In this document: piece by piece, positions 22,512-32,392 of the stretch
Position numbering within the stretch: position 1 is the first letter of the stretch
How the letters are laid out: each line of letters opens with the position of its first letter
Assembly (NCBI RefSeq): GCF_029264495.1
Contig: NZ_JARIBH010000007.1
Coordinates: 1,636 to 65,635, forward strand
Direction of reading: 5' to 3'
Length of the DNA: 64,000 bases
From: Peptacetobacter sp.
Lineage (GTDB): Bacteria; Bacillota; Clostridia; Peptostreptococcales; Peptostreptococcaceae
Translations under genes and position numbers: made by a program
The notes under the pieces: generated by a model
The model's input: the letters and a program-made list of their open reading frames with translations, nothing else
Told to the model about the DNA's origin: nothing
The model's database searches: none

Positions 22512-22988
22512 GTGAGGATAATGATGAATGATTTAAAAGCAAAAGAAATAATGACAGTAGATGTAAAAACAGCAAAAAAAGATGATACAGTATCTGATGT
22601 AGCAAAAATGCTTTTACAAGATAAAATAGGTGGACTTCCAGTTGTTGATGAAGACAATAAAGTTATAGGCATAATTTCAGAAACAGATATATTAAAAAAA
22701 GAAAAATATATAGAACCACCTCGGGTAATAAATTTTTTACAAGGATTAATATTCTTAGATGATATGAAAAATCTTGAAAAAGATTTAAAAAAAATAGCCG
22801 CATATAAAGTAGTAGATCTTATGACAGAAGATATAGTAATTGTACATGAAGATGATAAGTTTGATGATATTGCAAATATAATGATAAAAAAATCTATAAA
22901 TAGAGTTCCGGTTGTAGATGATGAAGGAAAAATAAAAGGAATTATTTGTAGATACGATATAATAAAAGCACTTTATGCAGATAAATAA
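22512..22988 (+). CDS. CBS-domain pair protein
   Basis: Two CBS repeats (GGLPVVD..GIISETD; RVPVVD..GIICRYD). True start is probably ATG 22521 or 22524. Confidence 0.92.
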   Translation: MRIMMNDLKAKEIMTVDVKTAKKDDTVSDVAKMLLQDKIGGLPVVDEDNKVIGIISETDILKKEKYIEPPRVINFLQGLIFLDDMKNLEKDLKKIAAYKVVDLMTEDIVIVHEDDKFDDIANIMIKKSINRVPVVDDEGKIKGIICRYDIIKALYADK

Positions 22989-23002
22989 AAAGTAGGAGAT
23001 TT

Positions 23003-23377
23003 ATGGAAATATTTGGTATAGGAACAGATATTATAGAAATACATAGAATTAAAAAAAATATAGAAAATGAAAAATTTATAAAAAAAATATTTACTGAAAA
23101 CGAAATAGAGTACTTTAAAAAAAGAAAAATGAAACGGGAAAGTATAGCTGCAACATTTTCAGCAAAAGAAGCAGTGAGCAAATCAATAGGTACAGGAATA
23201 AGAGGATTTAACTTTATTGATATTGAAATTCTTAGAGATGAAAAAGGAAAACCATATGTAAAATCATATGGAGGTTTTAAGAAATTTTGTATAGATAATA
23301 ATATTTATGAAATAAAATTGACTTTGTCTCATTGTAAAGAATATGCAACAGCAACAGCAATAGCGTTAAGCAATTAA
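23003..23377 (+). CDS. acpS: Holo-ACP synthase
   Basis: GIGTDI, FSAKEAVSK, GKP, LTLSH motifs. Confidence 0.95.
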   Translation: MEIFGIGTDIIEIHRIKKNIENEKFIKKIFTENEIEYFKKRKMKRESIAATFSAKEAVSKSIGTGIRGFNFIDIEILRDEKGKPYVKSYGGFKKFCIDNNIYEIKLTLSHCKEYATATAIALSN

Positions 23378-23425
23378 AAATCATCTGTAATAGATTAACT
23401 ATTCTATTACAGATGATTTTTTTTG
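23376..23425. terminator. Bidirectional terminator acpS / fthC
   Basis: 19-bp stem aaaaatcatctgtaataga / tctattacagatgattttt. Confidence 0.85.
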
Positions 23426-24048
23426 AAATTAAATACCTCGTTTTCAGTTACTAAAATATCCATTTTTTTATCATGACTTTCAGGAAAAATATTATCTATC
23501 ACTTGAAAAGAAAATGCAAATCCTATTTTTATAGCATTTGTTTTTTCTAAGAACCTATCGTAGTATCCACCACCGTATCCTATTCTATATCCTGAAATAT
23601 CAAATACAGAACCTGGAACAACAACGACATCTAGTAAAGAAGGATCAATAGAACTAGAACTATAACTAGGTTCTAAAATTCCATAAGAACCAATTTTTAA
23701 GTCATTAAGAAAATTAACCCTTTTTGGAATAATTTTTTTTTCATCTTTTATTGTGATTGGTAGATAAACTTCTTTTTTATTTTTTATTAAAATTTCTATT
23801 ATTTCTCTTGTTTTAACTTCATTTCTAAAATCAGAATAGAGCATAAATTTAGAAGCGTTTTTTATGTCTTCAATTGCAAAGAAATTTTTTAAAATTTCAT
23901 TAGATAATATAGTTATTTTTTCTTCACTCAATGTATTTCTAATATCAATAATTGATTTTCTTAATTTGATTTTTTTATTTTTATTTTCCATATCTATATT
24001 TGTGAGTAAAAAATGATTCACAACCTCTCTAAAATTTAAATATTTCAT
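23407..24048 (-). CDS. 5-formyltetrahydrofolate cyclo-ligase
   Basis: KxxLRK, EVKT, GILEP, VVPGSVFD..GYRIGYGGGYYDR, HDKKMD. Start uncertain (possibly ATG 23991). Confidence 0.92.
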   Translation of the reverse strand: MKYLNFREVVNHFLLTNIDMENKNKKIKLRKSIIDIRNTLSEEKITILSNEILKNFFAIEDIKNASKFMLYSDFRNEVKTREIIEILIKNKKEVYLPITIKDEKKIIPKRVNFLNDLKIGSYGILEPSYSSSSIDPSLLDVVVVPGSVFDISGYRIGYGGGYYDRFLEKTNAIKIGFAFSFQVIDNIFPESHDKKMDILVTENEVFNFKKNHL

Positions 24049-24209
24049 AAAAAATTCTATAATATATGTTAAAATTAAGCTATTACAAATTAAATATTAA
24101 TTATACAATAAATATTAATAAAAAAATATAATGAAATATTTAAAAATAATATAGAATATATGACAAAAAAAGTCAATTATTAAATATCTAAAATAATGGT
24201 TATAAGGAG

Positions 24210-25373
24210 ATGGTCGTATTGAAATGTAAATTCAATAAAAATAAGATTATAACAATACTTTTGACTATAGTAATTACAGTATGTGCAACTATTTTAGGAG
24301 AGGTATCATTAGGATTAGTAACTGTAGTTCCTAAAGGAGATTATGAAAAGTACAAAAAATTCAATAAATTAATAGCAATGGAAGAAATGATAAATAAAAC
24401 ATACTATAAAAAAGTTAATGAACAAGACCTTATAGATGGAGCTATGAAAGGTTTATTTTTAGGAACAGGAGATTTATACTCTGGATATTTTACTAAAGAC
24501 GAGATGAAAAGTGTAATGGATTCATCTACAGGTAATTTTGTTGGAATAGGTGTAACGATATTATCAAATCCAGAAAATGGTGTTGTGACAATTGCAAAAT
24601 CTTGGGAAACAGGACCAGCATATAAAAGTGGAATAAGAGCAGGAGATGTACTTTATAAAGTTGATGATTTATATGTAACATATGATACAGTTGATAAGGC
24701 TGTAGCTATAATGAAGGGTAAAAAAGATTCTTATGTAGATGTATCAGTAAAAAGAGATGGAAAAATAAAGACTTTCAAAATAAAAAGAGCTGAGGTATCA
24801 GAACCTAGTGTTAGCTCAAAGATGCTTAAAGATAATATAGGATATATAGAGTTATCTACATTTGTAGAAAATACTCCAAAAGATTTCAATAAAGCATTAG
24901 ATAAATTAAAAAAAGAAAATATGAAAGCTCTTATTTTAGATTTAAGAGATAATGGTGGTGGACTTGTAGATAAATGCTGTGAAATAGCAGATACACTTAT
25001 AGGAAAAGGAACAATAGTATATACAGAAGATAGAAATGGAGATAGAAAAACAGAAGTATCAGATGAAAATAAATTGGGACTTCCTATAGTTATACTTACA
25101 AATGAAAATACAGCATCATCATCTGAAATCTTAACAGGAGCTATACTTGGAAATAAAGCAGGTATTTCAGTAGGAACAAAGACATTTGGAAAGGGAATAG
25201 TACAATCTGTTATAAGTTTAAAAGATGGAACTGGATATAAATTAACAACAGAGCAGTATTTTACACCAGATGGAAAAACAATACACAAAAAAGGAATAAA
25301 ACCAACTATAGAAGAAAAAAATAGAGAAAAACAGTTACAAAGAGCAGTTGAATATATAAATAATAAAAAATAA
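24210..25373 (+). CDS. S41 (CtpA-like) C-terminal processing protease with PDZ domain
   Basis: N-terminal TM, GIGV PDZ segment, DLRDNGGG, TASSSE (Ser), TFGKG (Lys). Confidence 0.93.
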   Translation: MVVLKCKFNKNKIITILLTIVITVCATILGEVSLGLVTVVPKGDYEKYKKFNKLIAMEEMINKTYYKKVNEQDLIDGAMKGLFLGTGDLYSGYFTKDEMKSVMDSSTGNFVGIGVTILSNPENGVVTIAKSWETGPAYKSGIRAGDVLYKVDDLYVTYDTVDKAVAIMKGKKDSYVDVSVKRDGKIKTFKIKRAEVSEPSVSSKMLKDNIGYIELSTFVENTPKDFNKALDKLKKENMKALILDLRDNGGGLVDKCCEIADTLIGKGTIVYTEDRNGDRKTEVSDENKLGLPIVILTNENTASSSEILTGAILGNKAGISVGTKTFGKGIVQSVISLKDGTGYKLTTEQYFTPDGKTIHKKGIKPTIEEKNREKQLQRAVEYINNKK

Positions 25374-25390
25374 ATTATTATAAATAAAAT

Positions 25391-25418
25391 AAAGGATAAT
25401 TTCTCAAATATATAGAAT
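25391..25418 (+). promoter_or_regulatory. sigmaH-type promoter upstream of the 39-aa ORF
   Basis: AAAGGATAA-12bp-ATAGAAT matches the RNAGGAWWW-(11-12)-RNNGAAT consensus. Confidence 0.5.
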
Positions 25419-25490
25419 AAAACAATTAAAGGGATTCGAAATTTATACTATTTGATTTTAATATTTTATATTGAATTAGGAAGTGAGCTT

Positions 25491-25610
25491 ATGGAAGAAT
25501 CTGAAAACAAAATTTTATATTTTGAGGAATATAAAAAGAAAAAGGAAAACTCTGAAGTGGATAGAAAAGAACTTTTAGAGCTTATTAAAAAGTATATAGA
25601 GAGTAAATAA
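25491..25610 (+). CDS. 39-aa charged small protein (not in ORF track)
   Basis: AGGAAG RBS, ATG 25491: MEESENKILYFEEYKKKKENSEVDRKELLELIKKYIESK*. Has its own promoter candidate and terminator. Confidence 0.55.
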   Translation: MEESENKILYFEEYKKKKENSEVDRKELLELIKKYIESK

Positions 25611-25612
25611 AT

Positions 25613-25648
25613 AAAGAACTGTCTACATTTTATATGTGACAGTTCTTT
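25613..25648 (+). terminator. Hairpin after the 39-aa ORF
   Basis: aaagaactgtc / gacagttcttt stem. Confidence 0.65.
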
Positions 25649-25699
25649 GACGTAAAGAAATATAACGAATAAATAAAAATAATTATTAGAGGTGATATA

Positions 25700-26746
25700 A
25701 TGCATTTATTAAGCAGTATTTCAAGAAATATTTATCCTTTGAATAATAGGAGTATGGATGCAGCAAAAAAAAGATGGGATACTCTTATACATCCAAAAGG
25801 AAGTCTAGGAAAAGTTGAAGATATATGTATACAAATTGCTGGTATATATGAAACAGAGAAATTTACAATACCTAAAAAAGCGATAATAGCTTTTGGAGCA
25901 GATCATGGAGTTTATGAAGAAGGAGTCGCTCCAAATTCACAAGAAATTACCAAAATTCAATTCCCTAATTTTAAAAAAGGAATATGTGGAGTTGGATCAC
26001 TTTCAAAATATGTAGGTTCAGATATTATAGCTGTTGATGTAGGTATAAACTGTGATGAAGAACTTGAAGGTGTGATAAACAGAAAAATAAGAAAAGGAAC
26101 ATCAAATATAGCAAAAGGACCAGCTATGACAAGAGAAGAGGCGGTAGAATCTATAGAAATAGGTATAGAAATTGCTGAAGAATGTATAGTAAAAGATTAT
26201 AAAATAATAGGTATAGGAGAAATGGGAATAGCGAATACTACACCTAGTACAGCAATAATTTCTGTTATGACTGGAAAATTACCAGAAGAGATAACAGGAA
26301 GTGGATCAGGTCTTTCTGAAGAAAAAATAAAACATAAGGCACAAGTTATAGGAAAAGCTATAGAGTTAAATAATCCAAATCCTACAGATGGAATAGAAGT
26401 GCTTGAAAAGATAGGTGGATTTGAAATAGGTGCTATGACAGGGGTTATAATGGGATGTGCAGCAAATAGAATACCTGTTGTTATAGATGGATTTATATCT
26501 TATGCAGCAGCACTTATAGCATACAAAATAAATCCTGGAACAAGAGATTATTTAATAGCATCTCATAAATCAAATGAACCTGGAAGTGATGCAGCACTTA
26601 AAATGTTGAATTTAGATCCAATATTAAATATGGATATGAGATTGGGAGAAGGTAGTGGAGCAGCTTTAGCGTTTAATATAATAGATGCATCTATATTTAC
26701 ATATAATAATATGGCTACTTTTGAAGAAGTCGGTATGAAAATTTAA
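25700..26746 (+). CDS. cobT: Nicotinate-nucleotide--dimethylbenzimidazole phosphoribosyltransferase
   Basis: PKGSLG, ADHGV, GEMGIANTT, DGFIS, MRLGEGSGA. Confidence 0.96.
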   Translation: MHLLSSISRNIYPLNNRSMDAAKKRWDTLIHPKGSLGKVEDICIQIAGIYETEKFTIPKKAIIAFGADHGVYEEGVAPNSQEITKIQFPNFKKGICGVGSLSKYVGSDIIAVDVGINCDEELEGVINRKIRKGTSNIAKGPAMTREEAVESIEIGIEIAEECIVKDYKIIGIGEMGIANTTPSTAIISVMTGKLPEEITGSGSGLSEEKIKHKAQVIGKAIELNNPNPTDGIEVLEKIGGFEIGAMTGVIMGCAANRIPVVIDGFISYAAALIAYKINPGTRDYLIASHKSNEPGSDAALKMLNLDPILNMDMRLGEGSGAALAFNIIDASIFTYNNMATFEEVGMKI

Positions 26747-26774
26747 GATTAAAAATTATTTTAGAGGTAGATAA

Positions 26775-27332
26775 ATGAGTAAAATTATTTTTGTAACAGG
26801 TGGTGCAAAATCAGGAAAAAGTGCATTTGCAGAATCAATTTGTGAAAAAAGAAAAGATAAAACAGTATACATAGCAACATCTATCCCATTTGATGAGGAA
26901 ATGAAAGAAAAAGTAAAAAAACACAAAGATAGAAGACCATCTGATTGGAAAACATATGAGGTATATGAAGATATATATAAATTAATAGAGAATATATCAA
27001 AAGAATGTAATACTGTTATGTTAGATTGTATTACACTTATGGTAAATAATCTTATGTTTAAGTTTGATATGAATCCTCAAGAACTTTCAAAAAAAGAATT
27101 AGAAAAAATGGAAAAATACATATTAGAGCAATTTATAAAATTAATTGAAATGATAAGAAAAACAGAGTTATATTTTGTGTTTGTAACAAATGAAATAGGT
27201 ATGGGGGTAGTTCCAGACAATAAGCTTACAAGAATATACTCAAATATTGCAGGGAAGGTTAATCAATATGTAGCTGAAAATAGTGATGAAGCGTATTTAA
27301 TTGTAAGTGGAATACCTATTAAGATAAAATAA
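26775..27332 (+). CDS. cobU: Adenosylcobinamide kinase / cobinamide-phosphate guanylyltransferase
   Basis: GGAKSGKS, YIAT, HKDRRPSDW, LDCIT, TNEIGMG. Confidence 0.95.
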   Translation: MSKIIFVTGGAKSGKSAFAESICEKRKDKTVYIATSIPFDEEMKEKVKKHKDRRPSDWKTYEVYEDIYKLIENISKECNTVMLDCITLMVNNLMFKFDMNPQELSKKELEKMEKYILEQFIKLIEMIRKTELYFVFVTNEIGMGVVPDNKLTRIYSNIAGKVNQYVAENSDEAYLIVSGIPIKIK

Positions 27333-27383
27333 AGGTTTGTATAATAAAATTTTAAAGAAGTATATCTGAAAGGAAGTAATGTA

Positions 27384-28175
27384 ATGAAAAGATTTTTAAA
27401 TACTTTACGGTTCTTAACTAGAATACCTGTTAGAACAAGTGGAGAATTTGATGAAGAATTTTACAAAGGAATGTACTATTTTCCACTAATAGGATTTATC
27501 ATCGGTTTAATAATGTATGTTGTAAGTTTATTATTGGGGATATTATTGCCAGGTGATGCACTTGTTATATCTATAATGGTCGTATTTTTAGAAGTAATTA
27601 TTACAGGTGGTCTTCATTTAGATGGATTGGGAGATACAGCAGATGCTTTTTTCAGTAATAGGGACAAAGAAAAGATGCTGGAAATTATGAAAGATTCCAG
27701 ATTAGGAACAAACTCTCTATTAGCAATATTATTCAATATACTTATAAAAGTGGGAATTATAACTACATTTTTAAATCGGGGGATGTCTTATATGATAGTT
27801 GCAATGCCGGCTATATCAAGACTTGTAGTTATTTTACTTGCAAAGAAAACAGAAAGTCCAAGAGAAAATGGAATGGGAAATGTATTTATAGGTAAGGCTA
27901 CAAATTCAATGATCATTATTGGATTTGTTTATACTATGATAATATTGGCAGGATTTTTATATCTAATAAATGGTATGCAAATAACTGGAATGTATGCTCC
28001 TATGGGATGTATATTTATAGGAATAGTAATAACTGCTTTAGTTGAAAGTTTAATAAAAAAGAGTTCAATTAAAAAAATTGGTGGAATAACAGGGGATGTT
28101 TTAGGATACGGAATAGAAGTTGCAGAGATAGTATTTATAATAGTCGTTTATATTTCTGCGGTATTATTATTCTAA
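27384..28175 (+). CDS. cobS: Adenosylcobinamide-GDP ribazoletransferase
   Basis: FLTRIP, TGGLHLDGLGDTAD, MKDSRLG, GGITGDVLG. Confidence 0.95.
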   Translation: MKRFLNTLRFLTRIPVRTSGEFDEEFYKGMYYFPLIGFIIGLIMYVVSLLLGILLPGDALVISIMVVFLEVIITGGLHLDGLGDTADAFFSNRDKEKMLEIMKDSRLGTNSLLAILFNILIKVGIITTFLNRGMSYMIVAMPAISRLVVILLAKKTESPRENGMGNVFIGKATNSMIIIGFVYTMIILAGFLYLINGMQITGMYAPMGCIFIGIVITALVESLIKKSSIKKIGGITGDVLGYGIEVAEIVFIIVVYISAVLLF

Positions 28176-28279
28176 ATATAGAATAATGTAATTAATAAGA
28201 TAAGAAATGTGGAGAGGATTTTCCTCTCTATATTTTTTATAAAGTATTATATTTCTTGGGAAATAAAATGGAGTTATAT

Positions 28280-28891
28280 ATGAAAAGATTAATATTAATA
28301 AGACACGCTACAACTATTTCAAATGAAAAAAAAGTTTTATCAGGTAGAATAGAAGCTAAAATAAGTGAAAAAGGGCTTTTAGAAATAGATAGTTTAAATA
28401 AAAAATTAGATGAGTTATTTTTAAAAAAAGGAATATCAATAGATAAAATATATACATCAAACTCTAAAAGAACGGAAGATACAATAAAAGAGTTTGCATG
28501 TAAAAATAATATACAAATAAAAAAAATAGAAGGCTTATCAGAAATTGATTTTGGAGATTTTGAAGGCAAGGATTTTGAATATATAAAAAAAGAATACCCT
28601 ATAGAATACAAGAAACTATGCGAGGAAGGATTTGAATATAAATATCCAAATGGAGAAAACGCAATAGATGCATATGAAAAAAATAAAAAAGCAATAGATT
28701 TTATAGTTGATGATATAATTGAAAATCAAACAGCTATAATATGCGCACATGGTGGAAGCATAAGAAACATATTATCATATTTGATAAATAAAACTTATAA
28801 AAATCATTGGAATTTTAAAATTAGTAATGCAAAGATTACAATAGTAGAAATAGATTTTGGTTTTCCAGTTTTAACCAAATTAAATTTATAA
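28280..28891 (+). CDS. cobC: Histidine phosphatase, probable alpha-ribazole phosphatase
   Basis: LIRHA, EIDFGDFEG, AHGG; last gene of the cob cluster. ATG 28280 follows GGAG. Confidence 0.8.
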   Translation: MKRLILIRHATTISNEKKVLSGRIEAKISEKGLLEIDSLNKKLDELFLKKGISIDKIYTSNSKRTEDTIKEFACKNNIQIKKIEGLSEIDFGDFEGKDFEYIKKEYPIEYKKLCEEGFEYKYPNGENAIDAYEKNKKAIDFIVDDIIENQTAIICAHGGSIRNILSYLINKTYKNHWNFKISNAKITIVEIDFGFPVLTKLNL

Positions 28892-28904
28892 AATATAAAT
28901 TAAA

Positions 28905-28952
28905 TAAATATAGATAAGGAGTAGTTAAATAACTACTCCTTATCTATATTTA
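28905..28952. terminator. Bidirectional terminator cobC / crp
   Basis: Perfect 22-bp stem taaatatagataaggagtagtt-aaat-aactactccttatctatattta. Confidence 0.9.
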
Positions 28953-29613
28953 TAGTAAATTTATTCTTTTTAAAAGAAATTAGTCCATCAGATTTCATTC
29001 TAGAAAGTTCTGAAGATAAAGCGCTTCTATCAACAGAGAGATAGTCTGCCAATTGTTCTCTATTAAAAGGGATTTCAAAAGAAGTAGAATTATTTTTTGA
29101 AGAAATATAATTCAGATAAGATAGTACTTTTTCTCTTGTGTTCTTTTGTGTAATATGTTCTAACTTTCTTGTAAAAGAGATGTTCTTCATAGCGAAAACA
29201 GATAACATATTTTTTATTAAAAAATTATGAAAAGAACAAGCAGATGGACATGTAGTAATAATTTTATTCATATTTATTGTTAGTATTTCACAATCTGATG
29301 TTGCAACAGCATCGACCATAAGAGGTTCGTTTACAACACAAGCATAACTTTCTGCAAAAATATCACTTGAAGATAAATTAGAAAATATTTTTCTTTTTCC
29401 CCAAATATCTGTATTTTCAATACTAACAGATCCAGATAAAATTAAACATAAATAATCTATACACTCGCCTTGATTTAAAATATATGTTCCTTTTCTATAA
29501 AATTTTTTTTGAGCAGATAAACAAGACATCATAGAAATTATATCTTTTTCATTTATTCCTCTAAATATAATTGACTTTTTTAAAGTTTCAATATTCTGTT
29601 TGTCTAAATTCAT
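28933..29613 (-). CDS. Crp/Fnr-family regulator (HcpR-like)
   Basis: cNMP-fold (FAES..C, VDAVA), HTH NREQLADYLSVDRSALSSELSRM. Start ATG 29613 after a GAGAGG RBS; the ORF-track start at 29721 is probably too long. Confidence 0.92.
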   Translation of the reverse strand: MNLDKQNIETLKKSIIFRGINEKDIISMMSCLSAQKKFYRKGTYILNQGECIDYLCLILSGSVSIENTDIWGKRKIFSNLSSSDIFAESYACVVNEPLMVDAVATSDCEILTINMNKIITTCPSACSFHNFLIKNMLSVFAMKNISFTRKLEHITQKNTREKVLSYLNYISSKNNSTSFEIPFNREQLADYLSVDRSALSSELSRMKSDGLISFKKNKFTINIDKE

Positions 29614-29702
29614 AAAATCAATCCTCTCTATTATCTTAAAAGTATTATATTCAATAAAAAATTTATAAACTATAAATAATATTATAAAAATAAAATATTT
29701 AT

Positions 29703-29750
29703 AATTACGTTGTAAAAACAACGTAATTTATTTCTATAATTTAATATAAT
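29703..29750 (+). promoter_or_regulatory. Crp/Fnr-type palindrome and -10 of the ferredoxin-hcp promoter
   Basis: Perfect AATTACGTTGT-aaaa-ACAACGTAATT (29703-29728); TATAAT at 29745-29750 places the palindrome centre at -41.5. Confidence 0.75.
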
Positions 29751-29814
29751 ATATTCACGAAATAAATTAAAGTAAAATATAAAAATATATAACTATAAAT
29801 TTTGGAGGAAGATT

Positions 29815-30582
29815 ATGATTAGAAGAATAATAAATATAAATCAAGAAAAATGTAATGGTTGTGGACTTTGTGCAGATGCTTGCCATGAGGGTGCAATAGG
29901 TATGATAAATGGTAAAGCAGAACTTTTAAGAGATGACTATTGTGATGGACTTGGGGATTGCCTTCCTGTATGTCCAACAGGAGCAATATCTTTTGAAGAA
30001 AGAGAAGCAGCAGAATACGATGAAGAAGCTGTAAAAAAAAGAATGGAAGAAAGAAAAAGAGAAAAATCAATTATAAATAATAAACAAGGAGAAAAATTAC
30101 CTTGTGGATGTCCTGGAAGTCAAAGTAAAGCTATAAAAAGAGACAGTATACTTGAAAATAAACCTAATAGAGTAGAGCTAAATGTCAAAAGAAATGTATC
30201 TAACTTAGAAGAATCAGTTAGTGCTTTATCACAATGGCCAGTTCAAATAAAATTGGCACCTATAAATGCACCTTATTTCGATGGAGCAAAACTGCTTATA
30301 GCTGCAGATTGTACTGCTTATGCATATGCAAAATTCCATGAAGATTTTATAAAAGGTCATATAACACTAATAGGATGTCCAAAATTAGATGAAGGTGACT
30401 ACTCTGAAAAATTAACTGAGATAATAAAAAATAATGATATAAAAAGTGTGAAAATAGTAAAAATGGAAGTACCTTGTTGTAAAGGGATAGAAAGAGCTGC
30501 AATAGCTGCTATGAAAGGTAGTGGTAAATTTATACCTTGGCAGGTAGTCACTATAAGTACTGATGGATTTATAATTGAGTAA
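29815..30582 (+). CDS. 4Fe-4S dicluster (ferredoxin-like) protein associated with hcp
   Basis: CNGCGLCADAC, CDGLGDCLPVCP, CGCPGS, QWPVQ, AADC, GCPKLD, MEVPCC. Confidence 0.88.
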   Translation: MIRRIININQEKCNGCGLCADACHEGAIGMINGKAELLRDDYCDGLGDCLPVCPTGAISFEEREAAEYDEEAVKKRMEERKREKSIINNKQGEKLPCGCPGSQSKAIKRDSILENKPNRVELNVKRNVSNLEESVSALSQWPVQIKLAPINAPYFDGAKLLIAADCTAYAYAKFHEDFIKGHITLIGCPKLDEGDYSEKLTEIIKNNDIKSVKIVKMEVPCCKGIERAAIAAMKGSGKFIPWQVVTISTDGFIIE

Positions 30583-30663
30583 ATAAATAATAATTATAAA
30601 TACAAAAATAAAAATTTAAAATAAAAATATTATAAAAAATAGATAATATGATAGGAGAAAAAT

Positions 30664-32310
30664 ATGAAAACAATAGATAGTAAAATGTTTTGTTTCCAAT
30701 GTCAGGAAACAGCAGGATGTTCAGGATGTAAAATAAATGGAGTTTGTGGGAAAAAAGCATCTACAGCAAACCTTCAAGATTTATTAATATATGTTACTAA
30801 AGGAATATCTGAAGTTACAACAGAAATGAGAAAAAAAGGGAAAATAGTAGATAAGAAAATAGATAGAATGATTAGGGATTCGCTATTTACAACAATAACA
30901 AATGCAAATTTTGATGATAAAGTAATAATAAATAAAATAAAAAATATAATAGATGAAAAAGAATTATTGATATCTGAATTAGAAGATAAATCATCTCTTT
31001 CAAAATATGCTATTTATAATGAAAAAGATGATGAAAAATTAAAAATTAAATCTGAAAATGTCGGTATATTAGATACAGAAGATGAGAATATAAGAAGTCT
31101 TAGAGAACTTATAATATACGGATTAAAAGGAATGGCAGCATATTTAAAACATGCAGGTGTATTAGGATTTGAAAAAGAAGAAATAGATGCATTTTTACAG
31201 AAAACACTTAGAGATACTACAGATGATAAATTAACACAAGAAGAATTAATAAATTTAGTTATGGAAACTGGAAAATATGGTGTAGAAGCTATGGCACTTT
31301 TAGATAATGCGAATACAAGCACTTATGGAAATCCAGAAATAACAAAAGTAAACATAGGTGTTAGAAATAATCCTGCAATATTAGTATCAGGACATGATTT
31401 AAAAGATATAGAGCAGTTATTAAAACAGACTGAAGGAACAGGCGTAGATGTGTATACACATTCTGAAATGTTACCAGCAAATTACTATCCAGCATTTAAA
31501 AAATATGACCACTTTGTAGGAAACTATGGAAATGCTTGGTGGAAACAGAAAGAAGAGTTTGAATCATTTAATGGTCCAATACTTCTTACTACAAACTGTT
31601 TAGTACCACCATCAGAAAGTTATAAAGAAAGAGTATATACTACAAGTGCTGTTGGATTTGAAGGATGTAAACACATAGAAGGTGGATATGGGGAAGTAAA
31701 AGATTTTACAGAAATAATCGAGCATGCAAAAAGATGTAATCCTCCAAAAGAAATAGAAAATGGAGAAATAGTTGGTGGATTTGCACATAATCAGGTTATG
31801 CAATTAGCGGACAAAGTTGTAGATGCAGTTAAGTCTGGTGCAATCAAAAAATTTGTAGTTATGGCAGGATGTGATGGTAGACAAAAAGGAAGAAGTTATT
31901 ATACAGAATTTGCAAAAGCTCTACCAAAAGATACAGTGATACTTACAGCGGGATGTGCAAAATATAGATATAATAAATTAGACTTAGGAGATATAGGTGG
32001 AATACCGAGAGTATTAGATGCTGGACAATGTAATGATTCTTATTCACTTGCAGTAATAGCAATGAAATTACAGGAAGTATTTGGACTTGAAGATATAAAT
32101 GACCTTCCAATAGTATATAATATAGCTTGGTATGAACAAAAAGCTGTAATAGTATTATTAGCTCTTTTATATTTAGGAGTAAAAAATATACACTTAGGTC
32201 CAACTCTACCAGCATTTTTAACTGAAGATACTGCTAAATTCCTTGTAGATAATTTTGGAATAGCTGGAATAGGAACAGTAGAAGAAGATATAGAAAATTT
32301 AATAAAATAA
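30664..32310 (+). CDS. hcp: Hybrid cluster protein (hydroxylamine/NO reductase)
   Basis: [11 protein letters not shown]...GVCGK, SGHDL, YTHSEM, TTNC, AGCDG, DAGQCND, WYEQKA. Confidence 0.98.
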   Translation: MKTIDSKMFCFQCQETAGCSGCKINGVCGKKASTANLQDLLIYVTKGISEVTTEMRKKGKIVDKKIDRMIRDSLFTTITNANFDDKVIINKIKNIIDEKELLISELEDKSSLSKYAIYNEKDDEKLKIKSENVGILDTEDENIRSLRELIIYGLKGMAAYLKHAGVLGFEKEEIDAFLQKTLRDTTDDKLTQEELINLVMETGKYGVEAMALLDNANTSTYGNPEITKVNIGVRNNPAILVSGHDLKDIEQLLKQTEGTGVDVYTHSEMLPANYYPAFKKYDHFVGNYGNAWWKQKEEFESFNGPILLTTNCLVPPSESYKERVYTTSAVGFEGCKHIEGGYGEVKDFTEIIEHAKRCNPPKEIENGEIVGGFAHNQVMQLADKVVDAVKSGAIKKFVVMAGCDGRQKGRSYYTEFAKALPKDTVILTAGCAKYRYNKLDLGDIGGIPRVLDAGQCNDSYSLAVIAMKLQEVFGLEDINDLPIVYNIAWYEQKAVIVLLALLYLGVKNIHLGPTLPAFLTEDTAKFLVDNFGIAGIGTVEEDIENLIK

Positions 32311-32336
32311 ATTTAAGAGAATAATCTAAGTAAAAG

Positions 32337-32390
32337 AAGAGGATATAATATACAAAATATTACTTAATATGTATATAATATCCTCTTTTT
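32337..32390. terminator. Terminator between hcp and the convergent membrane gene
   Basis: aagaggatat / atatcctctt arms followed by a T run. Confidence 0.7.
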
Positions 32391-32392
32391 GT

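Noticed and set aside
25611-25699. Cobalamin riboswitch upstream of cobT
   Set aside because: Only about 90 nt available, with no B12-box or GGGAA/GCCACTG elements.
29614-29721. 35-aa N-terminal extension of the Crp/Fnr protein in the ORF track
   Set aside because: The extension runs through the operator/promoter region and has no RBS; ATG 29613 has a good RBS and gives a typical length.
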